Shown here one piece after another: positions 34,836 through 45,031 of a stretch of 64,000 bases of DNA. The stretch comes from an uncultured virus (IMG/VR IMGVR_UViG_3300021387_003647) (taxonomy: Duplodnaviria; Heunggongvirae; Uroviricota; Caudoviricetes). The translations under genes were made by a program, and so were the position numbers. The notes under the pieces are model-generated. The model was not told the origin of the DNA and did not search any database. It saw only the letters and a list, made by a program, of their open reading frames with translations. Positions within the stretch are counted from its first letter, which is position 1, and the number at the start of each line of letters is the position of its first letter. The DNA lies in the IMG/VR virus record IMGVR_UViG_3300021387_003647; one strand, 5' to 3'.

Positions 34836-34864
34836 TAGACTTCAGGGAGAATCCGATGTACAAT
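34836..34864 (+). promoter_or_regulatory. Class II promoter TAGACT-N17-TACAAT
   Basis: Exact 17-bp spacer upstream of the 34940 gene. Confidence 0.65.
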
Positions 34865-34939
34865 TTACAGAACGATAAATTTTTGTAGTTATGACAGTTC
34901 ACAGAAGAAAAATTGAAGAAAAATAACAAAGATACTATT

Positions 34940-35386
34940 ATGAATAAGAAAGAAAAGAAACTGACTACGGCAGTTGCCTTCGGAGAATTGCTCGACAAGA
35001 AATGTCAGAGTTGGCGCAGATTAGCAGACCAGAAGATGGTTCGTGAAAACAAACCCGTTTACGGAGGGAAGACGATGCCGATGCGATTATTCGTATCGCT
35101 GACAGATGAGAGTAAACTGGACTATCTCCAATGGTCTATTTTCAAAGATGAGGGAATCGATACCCGCTCAACAAATCCAGACCGTAAATATGCACTATTC
35201 TCATGGTGTACGGAAACAGCTGCTAACGGCACGGATGTGATGAGTTACGTCAAGAACAACCAGGTGTTCATTCCTATCCAGGTGCTGTTGAAAGTGCTCG
35301 GTGCTAGAACAGAAGAAGAAGACAAGACTATCCGGGTATTCTTCCTGGATGAAGAAGGAAGTGAACGGTTGCAGCAGAAGAAATAA
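34940..35386 (+). CDS. Hypothetical protein, ~148 aa
   Basis: ATG at 34940, TAA stop. Confidence 0.75.
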   Translation: MNKKEKKLTTAVAFGELLDKKCQSWRRLADQKMVRENKPVYGGKTMPMRLFVSLTDESKLDYLQWSIFKDEGIDTRSTNPDRKYALFSWCTETAANGTDVMSYVKNNQVFIPIQVLLKVLGARTEEEDKTIRVFFLDEEGSERLQQKK

Positions 35387-35432
35387 TCACTGTTGCGTAG
35401 TATAATTTATAGAATTAAAAAGAATTAAAGAA

Positions 35433-37001
35433 ATGAATTTACCTAATAATCCGGACACCTATACAGAGACGATGGTGTTCTTCTATGCACTGGACCATAT
35501 CGACCTGGCTGTCAAGTTCAAGCCGGCCTATTTCTCTGATCAGCGTCTGCAACGACTCTTCGAGATACTGAAACCGTATATCCTTCAGTATCGGGAGACT
35601 CCCTCGAAAGAGATTACCATGCTGCTGATAGAGAAGTCGGGCTACAAGACTGACCTGACAGCAAACATCATCGATGCACTGTGGAATATCAAGGGTCAGA
35701 TGCGAGGCTTTACTGATGAGTGGCTCAACGACTGTACGAAGTCATATGCAGAATGGAACAGTTTCGTAGCCGGTGTCACCAGACTCTATTCATACCTGTT
35801 GACAACACAGGCAGAAGTGACGGTTGACACTGCCCACGCATACATCGAGAAAGCCAAACAGTTGTTCCTTGACAGTACTACGTTCAATCTCGGCAACGAG
35901 AGTCTGGGTCACGACTTCTTCAGTGCTCTCGAACATACAGTGTCAGTCATCGATATGGTCAGCACAGGCTATAAGTTCATGGACGACTGTATGCTCGGTT
36001 CCGGTGCTCTGTCGAAGAAACAGTTGATATGCTTGCTCGGCGGTCCTAAGACCGGTAAGAGTATGTGGATGGCTAACGTGTGTGCCAATACAGTCCGCGA
36101 GGGAAAGAAATGTGCATATATCTCGCTGGAGATGAGTGTAGAACTCGTCAACAAGCGTTTTGCTGCGAATATGCTGAGTATTCCCATCAACCAGTATGCG
36201 AAATATGCTACTGACCAGAATATGATGTCTCAGAAACTGCACGAACTGCGCTGCTCAACACTGAATATGGGTGAACTGATTATCGAAGAATTTCCGACCA
36301 GTAGTCTGACGCCTATCCAGTTGGAGACGTGGCTCTTGAACGTAGAACAGGCAAAGACTGCCGAGACCGGCAAGCCCTGGAAGTTCGATATTGTCTATGT
36401 TGACTATGTGAATATCATGGCTAGCGGACGTCCTGGCGGTAACTCAGCAGACTCGTACACGAAAATCAAGCAGATTTGTGAAGACTTGCGCGGCATTGCT
36501 GTGAAGAACGAGTGGTGTATCTTCAGTGCTACACAGACAAACCGTGGTGGTATGGAATCTTCCGACCTGAACTTAACGAATGTCTCTGAGTCAACGGGTC
36601 TGATCATGACTGTTGATGCTCTGTTCGGTATTATCTCTACTCCGCTGATGAAAGCAGAGGGTGTATATTATCTGAAGGCCCTGGCACTGCGTAACTCTAA
36701 CAAGACCGGCGACAAGAAGAAATATGTGATGAGCGGCGACTATATGCGCATCACAGAAGACACCACAGAAGATGTTATTCCAGAAGGTTTCGGAGTTCCG
36801 GAGAAATATGCCAGCTATGACGAGAATGCCCGTCAAGGGGGTTATGCAAAGCGATTCACCGGAGGTGGTCAGCGCAGCAACCAGCAACCGATGGCTCAAC
36901 AGCAGAACAGCAATGAACCGAGACTCAGTCCTCCGCCACCAGCACCGTCTCTCGGTGTGACAGAACCAAAGATTCAAGGCTTCGACTTGTTTAATATGTA
37001 A
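35433..37001 (+). CDS. dnaB: DnaB-like (T4 gp41-type) replicative helicase
   Basis: Walker A GGPKTGKS, ISLEM, VYVDY, SATQTNR, SES motifs. Confidence 0.92.
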   Translation: MNLPNNPDTYTETMVFFYALDHIDLAVKFKPAYFSDQRLQRLFEILKPYILQYRETPSKEITMLLIEKSGYKTDLTANIIDALWNIKGQMRGFTDEWLNDCTKSYAEWNSFVAGVTRLYSYLLTTQAEVTVDTAHAYIEKAKQLFLDSTTFNLGNESLGHDFFSALEHTVSVIDMVSTGYKFMDDCMLGSGALSKKQLICLLGGPKTGKSMWMANVCANTVREGKKCAYISLEMSVELVNKRFAANMLSIPINQYAKYATDQNMMSQKLHELRCSTLNMGELIIEEFPTSSLTPIQLETWLLNVEQAKTAETGKPWKFDIVYVDYVNIMASGRPGGNSADSYTKIKQICEDLRGIAVKNEWCIFSATQTNRGGMESSDLNLTNVSESTGLIMTVDALFGIISTPLMKAEGVYYLKALALRNSNKTGDKKKYVMSGDYMRITEDTTEDVIPEGFGVPEKYASYDENARQGGYAKRFTGGGQRSNQQPMAQQQNSNEPRLSPPPPAPSLGVTEPKIQGFDLFNM

Positions 37002-37043
37002 TCGAATATTAATTTCATACTTAACTTTATTGTTTAAAACGTT

Positions 37044-37080
37044 AGAGAGCATCCTCGTTCGAATGATGCTCTCTCTTTTT
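37044..37080. terminator. Terminator AGAGAGCATC/GATGCTCTCT plus T-tract
   Basis: 10-bp stem between convergent genes. Confidence 0.7.
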
Positions 37081-37115
37081 AAATTTATGAAACTGTCTAT
37101 TAGAAAGTATTGTTA

Positions 37116-37727
37116 TCAGCAACTACCGCCGGGACTGTCATTACAACGGTCGTCATACGGTTCTTCTTCATGGTTATACTCCGGGAACTTCCTGCCATGC
37201 AGTGTGTCGAGAATAGCATTCAATACTATATCGCTGACATCATTCGCTCCAATCCAGAAGCCGTCTGGATACTGTCCCGGACGTTTCTTGAACTGATACA
37301 TCAGTTCGTCCCAAACCATCGAAGAATACTTATTGGCATATGCCAAATCATCAGACATATACTCTGGCTGTGGAGCCAACAGTTTGTCAACCATACTATA
37401 GAAATAAGCAACTTCAGGTTCTCTGTCGATTGTCACCATACGGTTTGACAACAGCACTGTATTCGTACCTTTCTCTACAATACATTCAGTATGTGTGTTA
37501 TGCCCGATGTCGAGCGTAGCCGAAAACGTATCTTCATCCCACAGAATCATTATCGTTCCGTTGCCGCCAGTAGTCACGCTGACATTCTGAAATACATACT
37601 TGAAACTGTTACTCCAGTCAACAATCCTGGAAGCGTGTCTGCGCACAGTGCCGCTTATAGGAGTCTCGCCGGGACTTGCTTCAATGTTTCGGATTATCTC
37701 CTTTACTTCATCTTTCTTCATAGTCAC
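37116..37727 (-). CDS. Hypothetical protein, ~203 aa
   Basis: Operon ORF. Confidence 0.7.
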   Translation of the reverse strand: MTMKKDEVKEIIRNIEASPGETPISGTVRRHASRIVDWSNSFKYVFQNVSVTTGGNGTIMILWDEDTFSATLDIGHNTHTECIVEKGTNTVLLSNRMVTIDREPEVAYFYSMVDKLLAPQPEYMSDDLAYANKYSSMVWDELMYQFKKRPGQYPDGFWIGANDVSDIVLNAILDTLHGRKFPEYNHEEEPYDDRCNDSPGGSC

Positions 37728-38206
37728 TTTCCTCCTAAACTTCCGCCAAGACCGAGTTCCAAGTTACCATCGGGCTGACTTTCTACTGCAACAGTCGGAG
37801 CTTTGGAGCCGTCATCAATATCTTCCAATTCATTATAAAGAATCTCGTACAGAATGTATTTAAGTGTCTTTGCATTGCACTCTCCGTCTGAGAAGTCATT
37901 GCCGCGATGCCAGTCTTCCAGAATACCCATCGTTCTGTTAGTATAGTCACAGCCCATATAATTTTCGCGGACATCGATAGTATAACGAGCCTTCTTCGTG
38001 TAAAGATAGAGATAGTAATACTTCTCTTTGTCTGTCGCCTTGAGAATACCAATCTTAGCGTTCTTTGTCCGCCAAAAAAGAAGATTCTCAACAAATTCCT
38101 TCATAAACGGGTAATCAGTTACCAGTTCTTCTACTGTTCCTTCTCTCCAGCCTTCACGGAATCTCTTCATGATACAGCCGGAATCAATTCGTTCTTGTAT
38201 TGTCAT
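37724..38206 (-). CDS. Hypothetical protein, 160 aa
   Basis: Operon ORF. Confidence 0.75.
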   Translation of the reverse strand: MTIQERIDSGCIMKRFREGWREGTVEELVTDYPFMKEFVENLLFWRTKNAKIGILKATDKEKYYYLYLYTKKARYTIDVRENYMGCDYTNRTMGILEDWHRGNDFSDGECNAKTLKYILYEILYNELEDIDDGSKAPTVAVESQPDGNLELGLGGSLGGK

Positions 38207-38221
38207 AACTTATTATTTTAA

Positions 38222-38569
38222 TTATTTTCTCATATCAACCATTCCACATTTAGTACAAACGTAAACATCATAGTTTTCACCATATGACTCACTGTCATAT
38301 TTGAAATCGTGGTCACAATTAGCCCAGATTCTTTTGCGAGAATTAAACAGTCTCTGTTGCTTCTTTTCTATTTTAGACTGCTGCTTCTTAATATTCTCAC
38401 GCAAATCCAACAAATACTGAGACTCGCTCAAATCTTGTTCTTTCATTTGCTTAATACCACCGTCTAACTCATATATTAAACGTTCCAACACACCATTTTC
38501 TGCAATAGTTGCATTAAGTTGTAAAGTGTTCTCCAGTGCTTCTGGATTGGTTAAAACTTCTTTATTCAT
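38222..38569 (-). CDS. Coiled-coil protein with C-terminal CxH..CxxC zinc ribbon
   Basis: CDHDF...CTKCG; TATAAT at 38597-38602. Confidence 0.7.
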   Translation of the reverse strand: MNKEVLTNPEALENTLQLNATIAENGVLERLIYELDGGIKQMKEQDLSESQYLLDLRENIKKQQSKIEKKQQRLFNSRKRIWANCDHDFKYDSESYGENYDVYVCTKCGMVDMRK

Positions 38570-38610
38570 CTTTCTAAATTTTAATTTCTTCTACTAATTA
38601 TACTCACGAT

Positions 38611-39060
38611 TCAACTATTTTTCTTTTTGCGGATTGTCCGTTTCAGATTTACCGGGTCGTTATTCCTTTTGAAATGAATATCTCCCCGGAACCGTTTATT
38701 CGTTTTCTTCAGAATCTCGCAACACAATGAAGCATCTTCATTATCGGGAATCATCATCTTATCGCTCACCGGAACGTACTCACCGGTTTTCTTGTCAACA
38801 GTATCTTTCTCGACTTTATGAATCTGTGCGTAGAACGTAGCCAGTTTGCTAAGTTCTACACGAAAACCTTGTGCCGTTTTGCTCTCTATAACACTACATA
38901 TCGCTTGACCAGCAGCATTGATGATATAACTGCTCATACCACATTCAGCAGCTGCTGTCTCACAGACTTCTTCGAATGTGAGTGTATTCGTGTGGACTGC
39001 TCTAATGAACTTCATATGATGTTCTTCGTCCCTAATGATTGTATATTGTAAACCTGTCAT
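38611..39060 (-). CDS. HU-related DNA-binding protein (Bacteroidota extended HU type)
   Basis: LTFEEVCETAA...GFRVELSKLATFY pattern. Confidence 0.6.
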   Translation of the reverse strand: MTGLQYTIIRDEEHHMKFIRAVHTNTLTFEEVCETAAAECGMSSYIINAAGQAICSVIESKTAQGFRVELSKLATFYAQIHKVEKDTVDKKTGEYVPVSDKMMIPDNEDASLCCEILKKTNKRFRGDIHFKRNNDPVNLKRTIRKKKNS

Positions 39061-39157
39061 CTTCTTTTTCTATATATTAATTAACTGTTTTGATATACCT
39101 TTTATGAGCGACTTTCTATACCTTTACTGAGAGAATTTCTCTACCCAAAGCAAGAGA

Positions 39158-39237
39158 ATATACTGTATATTTGCATCGGATATACTATATATTATGACTA
39201 AATATACTATATATTTGTTAGCAATATACTGTATATT
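39158..39237. repeat. Four ATATACTRTATATT boxes at an exact 22-bp period
   Basis: Starts at 39158, 39180, 39202, 39224. Confidence 0.85.
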
Positions 39238-39246
39238 CGCTCACTC

Positions 39247-39528
39247 TTAGTTTACCTTCGTCCTCAGTTTCAGTGTACATTTCCGCTTGGACTTGCCGTA
39301 GAGTTTCTCCAGCTGATAGTCTAAGACATTCTCTGTCTTTTTCTTACCGCACCACTCTATTTCTTCAGTCTTAACCAAAATATCCTTCACAAGATACTTT
39401 TCATTCGTCACAGTAATCAGCGTCTCTCCCTTGTTGGGACGTTCCGCCGCTTTATTCGTAGCGAATATCTAACCGAAGAACTCAGGCTGATGATACTCAT
39501 CATTTAAATACGTCAATCTTAAAAACAT
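39247..39528 (-). CDS. Hypothetical protein, 93 aa, TAG at 39469; absent from ORF track
   Basis: MFLRLTYLNDEYHQPEFFG(Q)IFATNK... starts 4 nt after the pspC stop. Confidence 0.7.
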
Positions 39529-39532
39529 AGTC

Positions 39533-39742
39533 TTATTTTATTTCTTCTTCATTTTCTTCACTTGGCATACATATCCATAATATAATATATGCGAGTCCGA
39601 TGGGAATAGTCGGACACAGGAAGAGTCCGACAACTATCAAACGGAGGACATTCGAATCGATTCCCCCAAAGTACTGCGATATGCCTCCACAAACGCCGCC
39701 TATCCAGCAGTCATCATTACTTAAATACAATTTCTTTTTCAT
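39533..39742 (-). CDS. pspC: PspC-domain membrane protein
   Basis: KKLYLS..D.WIGGVCGGISQYFG.D...LRL...AYIILWICMP. Confidence 0.88.
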   Translation of the reverse strand: MKKKLYLSNDDCWIGGVCGGISQYFGGIDSNVLRLIVVGLFLCPTIPIGLAYIILWICMPSEENEEEIK

Positions 39743-39846
39743 CGTTTTAAACTTGTTTCTTTATATATTGTACTACTGAAAATCGGACTTTTCCAGTACG
39801 GATTTCCTAAAAATGCTTAAATCCGGAAATTTTTTGCATAAAACTG

Positions 39847-39877
39847 CTTGCCGGTTAAAATAAAAGTATTAAATTTG
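39847..39877 (+). promoter_or_regulatory. Bacteroidota-type promoter CTTG-N19-TAAATTTG
   Basis: Matches the -33/-7 consensus. Confidence 0.65.
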
Positions 39878-39931
39878 CAGCGGAATTCATAAAATATTAA
39901 CGAAATTGTTTAATTAACACATTATTATATT

Positions 39932-40516
39932 ATGCATAGGAATGCTTTCGGAGATTTAGTAATGTCTCGTGATGCTAGAACAGAAGCAGCTCATTACTAT
40001 GGACTTGCTGAAGATTTAGAACGTCAATTAGAAGATGCTAATAGTAATTTAGGAGACTGGCAGAAGATTAAGGAACTCGAAGATGAAGTATCGAGAACAA
40101 AAGAGAAACTGTCGTCTGTCCAGAAACAACACTACAACGTGATACTTAACGGTTTTATGAAATCACATCGTCTGAAAGACGGAGAGCATATCCGTTATTA
40201 TAACGAAAAAGACAAGAGTATGTATATCATACTTCGCAGAAACGGGAAATACTGGTTATATTCTTGCGAACTAAAACGATATATTTGCGAAGATGAATGC
40301 AAAGACGACAGAGTGTTATACACGAACAAAAAGAATAAACGTGAGTATACTCTTAAAGACCTACACCGTCATATTGAATATATGATAGAACGGAATAAAA
40401 GAGAATTCAAAACCGGAATAGAGACGATAGACAAGTATGAAGCGTTCAGAAGAGCAGAAGAGAACAAGACACTCAAGGAAATTTTGAAATATGTTGACAA
40501 AGTAACGTGTATTTAA
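39932..40516 (+). CDS. Hypothetical protein, 194 aa
   Basis: First ORF behind the host-type promoter. Confidence 0.75.
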   Translation: MHRNAFGDLVMSRDARTEAAHYYGLAEDLERQLEDANSNLGDWQKIKELEDEVSRTKEKLSSVQKQHYNVILNGFMKSHRLKDGEHIRYYNEKDKSMYIILRRNGKYWLYSCELKRYICEDECKDDRVLYTNKKNKREYTLKDLHRHIEYMIERNKREFKTGIETIDKYEAFRRAEENKTLKEILKYVDKVTCI

Positions 40517-40529
40517 AAACATTAAGCAC

Positions 40530-41201
40530 ATGATGTACTTAACAAGAAGTAAAACGGGCAAACTTTTGTTATGTCAAAGAAAGCCGAGTCACTGGAGCGG
40601 GAAAAGACGTTCCGGTCAACGTAGGAAGTTTATGACGGATATGTGGAACTGCGGGCAGGTGTTTACACTGGACCGAGAGATTCCCGGTTCGGAACTGATT
40701 CCGCCGGCAGATGAGAAAGGGAATATGTATTGCGTGGCAGTCGAGTTGTTCTATATCCCGCAGGGTGCTACTCCGAACACAAAGGAAGAGCAGTGGCTGA
40801 ATCCGCTGTGGGTGACTCGTGAGCGCAGCGGCTACCTGATGCTGCACTACAAGGTAAAACCGACTCGTATGAGGGACTCTCGGGAGTGGAAGTATCTGGT
40901 ACAACGACACAAGGAAGATGTTGCGGGCGGTTATTACAAACGGGACTGTCGCATCAAGAAGGACGGTATGAAATGGACTTCGTGGAAAGGTCATTTCCGT
41001 TTCGCTGCCGAGTTCAGGGGCTCTACGAATATCAAGTTCGAAAACGAGTTTCCCTCAAAGGTCGGACTGCATATCCCGAAAGAGATGCTGATGCCTTGGA
41101 AAGAATGGTTCAACGGTCCGAAGAACGTCTATCGCCGACCCATTATCGAGAACCGAGTAGAATTGATACAATGTCCTAAACCGAAAGACTACAATGAATA
41201 A
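40530..41201 (+). CDS. Hypothetical basic protein, 223 aa
   Basis: Operon ORF with an internal duplicated motif (YLTRSKTGKLLL / WVTRERSGYLML). Confidence 0.75.
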   Translation: MMYLTRSKTGKLLLCQRKPSHWSGKRRSGQRRKFMTDMWNCGQVFTLDREIPGSELIPPADEKGNMYCVAVELFYIPQGATPNTKEEQWLNPLWVTRERSGYLMLHYKVKPTRMRDSREWKYLVQRHKEDVAGGYYKRDCRIKKDGMKWTSWKGHFRFAAEFRGSTNIKFENEFPSKVGLHIPKEMLMPWKEWFNGPKNVYRRPIIENRVELIQCPKPKDYNE

Positions 41202-41793
41202 CTTTGAATTTGAACACGAGGGTGAGACATACTGGTACTCACGCTCGATGACAGTTGTGACATACCTGTTTACGACCCGACTGAAGAAAGACCGTAACGG
41301 ATACTACAGTGACCGCCACTGGTATGTACTGGCAGACAAGCGAGGTATCGCTCTGCCGAAGAACCGTCATAAATGGAACTGTCCCGGCGGTTATCTCGAC
41401 TTCAACGAGACACTGACACAGGCTGCTTGCCGTGAGATTCACGAAGAGACGGGAGTGTCTCTCAACCCAGATCAACTGCATCCGTTTGCTGTGAAGAGTG
41501 AACCGATGGGTCAGGCACAGAATATGAACATCTCGTTTTGGGCATATGTTCCCGATACAGAGTTTGCTGAAGCGAATCCGTTGACGAACGAATATGCCGA
41601 CCAGGATGAAGTGGAAGAAGTGCAGTGGATTGACATCGAGAAACTCGGTGACTATAAGTTCGGATACAACCAGCAGAACACGATACTGTATCTGTATCAT
41701 ACGTATATCCGTCCGCGCAGCATCTGGAAGTATCTGATGTACAAACTCTGGGAGAAGATTAACAAGAAGTATAATTTCTTAATGATTAAGTGA
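41194..41793 (+). CDS. Nudix hydrolase
   Basis: Nudix box GGYLDFNETLTQAACREIHEETG. Confidence 0.92.
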   Translation: MNNFEFEHEGETYWYSRSMTVVTYLFTTRLKKDRNGYYSDRHWYVLADKRGIALPKNRHKWNCPGGYLDFNETLTQAACREIHEETGVSLNPDQLHPFAVKSEPMGQAQNMNISFWAYVPDTEFAEANPLTNEYADQDEVEEVQWIDIEKLGDYKFGYNQQNTILYLYHTYIRPRSIWKYLMYKLWEKINKKYNFLMIK

Positions 41794-41795
41794 CT

Positions 41796-42161
41796 ATGAA
41801 GATGAGTAATAAAGTTGCCGCAGATTATCTTTTGATAATACTGGAGCAAATGATAAGCGATTGCGAAAATAATAAGCACACGAATCTTTCGAGTGTATTA
41901 AATTCTTCGTTTAATCGTCAAGCATTGCAAATAGCAATTAATGAATTGAGAAAACCAAATGAGTCAGTGGTATGCAAAGATTTGAATAATAAAGTTAAAA
42001 TTCTTCAAGAAGAGTTAGAAAAAGAAAAGAAAAATAAAATAGCAGAAATACAAAGTAATTGTGACCATCATTGGGGACCAGTTGAATGGACTTGGTCTTG
42101 CGGTGGTTATCGTACTTGTACTAAATGTGGATTGACAGAAGATTATTACGAAAGAGATTAA
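41796..42161 (+). CDS. Coiled-coil/zinc-ribbon protein
   Basis: CDHHW...CTKCG, similar to 38222..38569. Confidence 0.7.
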   Translation: MKMSNKVAADYLLIILEQMISDCENNKHTNLSSVLNSSFNRQALQIAINELRKPNESVVCKDLNNKVKILQEELEKEKKNKIAEIQSNCDHHWGPVEWTWSCGGYRTCTKCGLTEDYYERD

Positions 42162-42221
42162 TCAAACTTTTGAGTAAATCTGCAAGTAGAATTGAGTAAA
42201 ATAACCAAACATTTGAGCAAA

Positions 42222-43217
42222 ATGGAAGAGAACGAAAAAGGAAAAGAGATTGCACTGACTGGCAAGTATGCTGTGGTTCGTGCACTGAAGAAGGTCTTGA
42301 AAGACCCGATTGCCGGTGAAGTGATGAAGAGTCAGGGCAAGCAGTTGCCGTCAGACTTTACCAAGCCGGAATGGTTCCCGTATCGCATCGGACTGTGTTA
42401 CGGTGAAGATGAACTCGTAGAACTGAACCCGTTGCTGGAAGACAGTTCTCCACTGTCGTATTATATCGAATCACTGGAGCAGAAAGAGAAGACTTGGCTG
42501 CATCCCAAAGTGTATATCGTAGATGACGAAGCAACGGCAAGGATGAAAGCCGATGAGTTGAATGCACAGAAGAAGGAAACTCTCTATACAGACTTTCAGC
42601 GAGAGTTTATCTATAGGTGGATTGCTGACTATACGCTGGCTAACCCGGAGAAACTTCTCGATTTCATCGACAAAGACTATATCACGGCTGAAGCATATAC
42701 TTGTGGCGACAGTTATATGTTTGGTATCAAGCGAACTGCCGACCTTGAAAACGTTAAGCGGGATGACATCCGGTTCATTCGCTTGGTTGACAAAGACCCG
42801 ATGAGTAGTGAAATCGATTACGATGCTGTTATTACAACTCCGGAAGAGACTGACGATCATATGTTGGGTATCTATGTCTCACATTTCAATATCATTGTTC
42901 CCGACTACTACAACGAAGACGACCATATGCACGGGATGCTCTGTAAATGGACTTATCCCTGGCATCGTTTGACACAGGAAGACTATCCAGTCACAGAAGG
43001 CCTCTACTTCATCAAGACTACTGGTGGTGCTCCCGGTATTGCTTTATATGCCGGTCACGGATGGTTCGACATCACGATTTCTGCGTGGGGGTCAGACAAC
43101 GACAAGATTCTGCTGTGGATGGAAATTCCCGATGACTATAAGATGGCTTGTGATTATCACGGAAAGCAGATTCCGCAGTCAGTAGCCAAAGAGTTTAACG
43201 AAAATAAGAAAGGATAA
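42222..43217 (+). CDS. Hypothetical protein, ~331 aa
   Basis: ORF; first ATG at 42222. Confidence 0.75.
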   Translation: MEENEKGKEIALTGKYAVVRALKKVLKDPIAGEVMKSQGKQLPSDFTKPEWFPYRIGLCYGEDELVELNPLLEDSSPLSYYIESLEQKEKTWLHPKVYIVDDEATARMKADELNAQKKETLYTDFQREFIYRWIADYTLANPEKLLDFIDKDYITAEAYTCGDSYMFGIKRTADLENVKRDDIRFIRLVDKDPMSSEIDYDAVITTPEETDDHMLGIYVSHFNIIVPDYYNEDDHMHGMLCKWTYPWHRLTQEDYPVTEGLYFIKTTGGAPGIALYAGHGWFDITISAWGSDNDKILLWMEIPDDYKMACDYHGKQIPQSVAKEFNENKKG

Positions 43218-43221
43218 AACT

Positions 43222-43701
43222 ATGACAGGACAAGAGAAGAAAGAAAAAGTCATTGCATTGATGAATGACTTGAAGAGCGATTCGAAGACTAAGTCCGAGA
43301 ACGCTGAACGAGAAATTATTGCATTGTGTGAACCCATAATCAAAAAGCACTACGAAATTGCGAAAGAGTTCGGGTTGACAACTGGTAGTATCGGCGACAG
43401 ACCGTTGGATGAATGGGATAATGACTATGTTGCTTCCCGAGGAAGTATCGACAAAATCGAAGATAACATCGAAGGAACATCTATTGAGTTCTACTATTCA
43501 GACGGTTGCCGTGGAAATATCTATGAAGCGTATATTGATATGCCCCTCGACTGGCTCAATGCTGAAGACTACGATTATGAGTCTTATCGCAGACATTGTA
43601 AGTTGGCTGCACTGGAACGACAGGAGCAACGTATCAAGAACGCTCGTGCTGATTTGATTAAGCTAGAAGAAGAATACAAACGCTTACAGGCATTGCCATA
43701 A
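43222..43701 (+). CDS. Hypothetical protein, 159 aa
   Basis: Operon ORF. Confidence 0.75.
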   Translation: MTGQEKKEKVIALMNDLKSDSKTKSENAEREIIALCEPIIKKHYEIAKEFGLTTGSIGDRPLDEWDNDYVASRGSIDKIEDNIEGTSIEFYYSDGCRGNIYEAYIDMPLDWLNAEDYDYESYRRHCKLAALERQEQRIKNARADLIKLEEEYKRLQALP

Positions 43702-43755
43702 TATTAAATTTAAGTTTAACAAAGAGAGAGCCCGTCGTGATGACGCGCTCTTTTT

Positions 43756-44223
43756 TTATTTTGCTTTCTGAACAGTCCGTTCTGTGTGTACAACAATACC
43801 AGGGTCCGGATACCAGGAAGGACTGTCCGGCTTCACCAAGTCACAGTCTGCCGAGATACGTTTCTCAAAGATGTGGGTCTTTCCGTTACATGTACAAGTC
43901 ATTATGGCTTGTCGGATACACGGCAGTTCGTTGATGATACGTTCCCAATATGGCAAAACCTGTGCCACAATTTCTTCTTCTCCGAAATCACGCAGCGAGC
44001 CGAGCAACACAATCGTGTTCAAATCATTTATCTGAAGCGTCTTCTCTGCAATGATTCCCTTGATATACGAATCTTCCGTGCCATGGAGAGACTTCTCTTC
44101 AGCGAATATTTCTTTCAACAGTTCAATACGGTTATGCCACTCTTCGAATACTTTCGTTGTATTCGGAGACATCGGGTACCAGTCACATCGGATGATTCCC
44201 GTTACTTCAGTCCAAGTACTCAT
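43756..44223 (-). CDS. Hypothetical protein, 155 aa
   Basis: Operon ORF. Confidence 0.7.
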   Translation of the reverse strand: MSTWTEVTGIIRCDWYPMSPNTTKVFEEWHNRIELLKEIFAEEKSLHGTEDSYIKGIIAEKTLQINDLNTIVLLGSLRDFGEEEIVAQVLPYWERIINELPCIRQAIMTCTCNGKTHIFEKRISADCDLVKPDSPSWYPDPGIVVHTERTVQKAK

Positions 44224-44227
44224 AGGC

Positions 44228-44752
44228 TCAACAGTTCAATATTTGTTTGTCCTGAATGGAATTAATCGCATTGTTCGTCAATCGCCAAGCCTGCTCCCAA
44301 TACTTCTTGTCCTGACCGCGCTTCTCGTCGGCAATCTCCAGAATACGCAGATTCAGACTCTTCAACAGAGCCAATACATCAACTGGCTTCTGCGGCATCA
44401 AAAAGTCTTTCCGTGCAATCGTCAATAACTTCGATGCGTGGTTCTTAACTGTCTCTTCAGACACTTCAATAAACGGGCTCAGCAAATCAGCAACAGCCTG
44501 TTCGAACTCAGTAAAATCTTCTTCGTTCAGTTCGATGTACACATTCGACATCATCGACAACTGAGGTTCTCCGTGCTCATTAATACGGAACGGCACAGCA
44601 TCTTCTTTAGAAGCCATCACAACAATAGGATACTCTCCACCAACATCTTTGTTGATTATCTTGACTTCAGTTCCACACTCCAGAACAAGTCGAGCTTCTC
44701 CCGGCTTCAGATTCTGACATAACTCGCTGTTAAAAGGAATTCTTTTCTTCAT
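44228..44752 (-). CDS. Hypothetical protein, 174 aa
   Basis: Operon ORF. Confidence 0.75.
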   Translation of the reverse strand: MKKRIPFNSELCQNLKPGEARLVLECGTEVKIINKDVGGEYPIVVMASKEDAVPFRINEHGEPQLSMMSNVYIELNEEDFTEFEQAVADLLSPFIEVSEETVKNHASKLLTIARKDFLMPQKPVDVLALLKSLNLRILEIADEKRGQDKKYWEQAWRLTNNAINSIQDKQILNC

Positions 44753-44767
44753 ATGCTTTAATATTAA

Positions 44768-44947
44768 TTATTTAATTTCTTTCAAATCATTAAAAGAGTG
44801 ACGTTTAGCTTTACTTAATACTTCTTTCTCAAGTTTTTCTGCAATCTTAGTAATTGCTTGTTTGCCATATAGTGTATGCTTCTGATAAGTATCTAACTTC
44901 AGAATTTCTACTAACTCATCAATATGTTTTTGTTTTGAAGTATCCAT
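44768..44947 (-). CDS. Hypothetical protein, 59 aa
   Basis: ATG at 44947 after ATTG-N19-TATCTTTG (44975-45005). Confidence 0.6.
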   Translation of the reverse strand: MDTSKQKHIDELVEILKLDTYQKHTLYGKQAITKIAEKLEKEVLSKAKRHSFNDLKEIK

Positions 44948-45031
44948 ATATGTACAATTTTTAAATTCACAGTGCAAAGATAAGCATTTTCTTTTAACAG
45001 ACAATGCATTTGCTGTAAGATTTAGGTTTCT

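Noticed and set aside
39158..39237. CRISPR array
   Set aside because: 14-bp repeats with 8-bp spacers are far too short, and there are no cas genes
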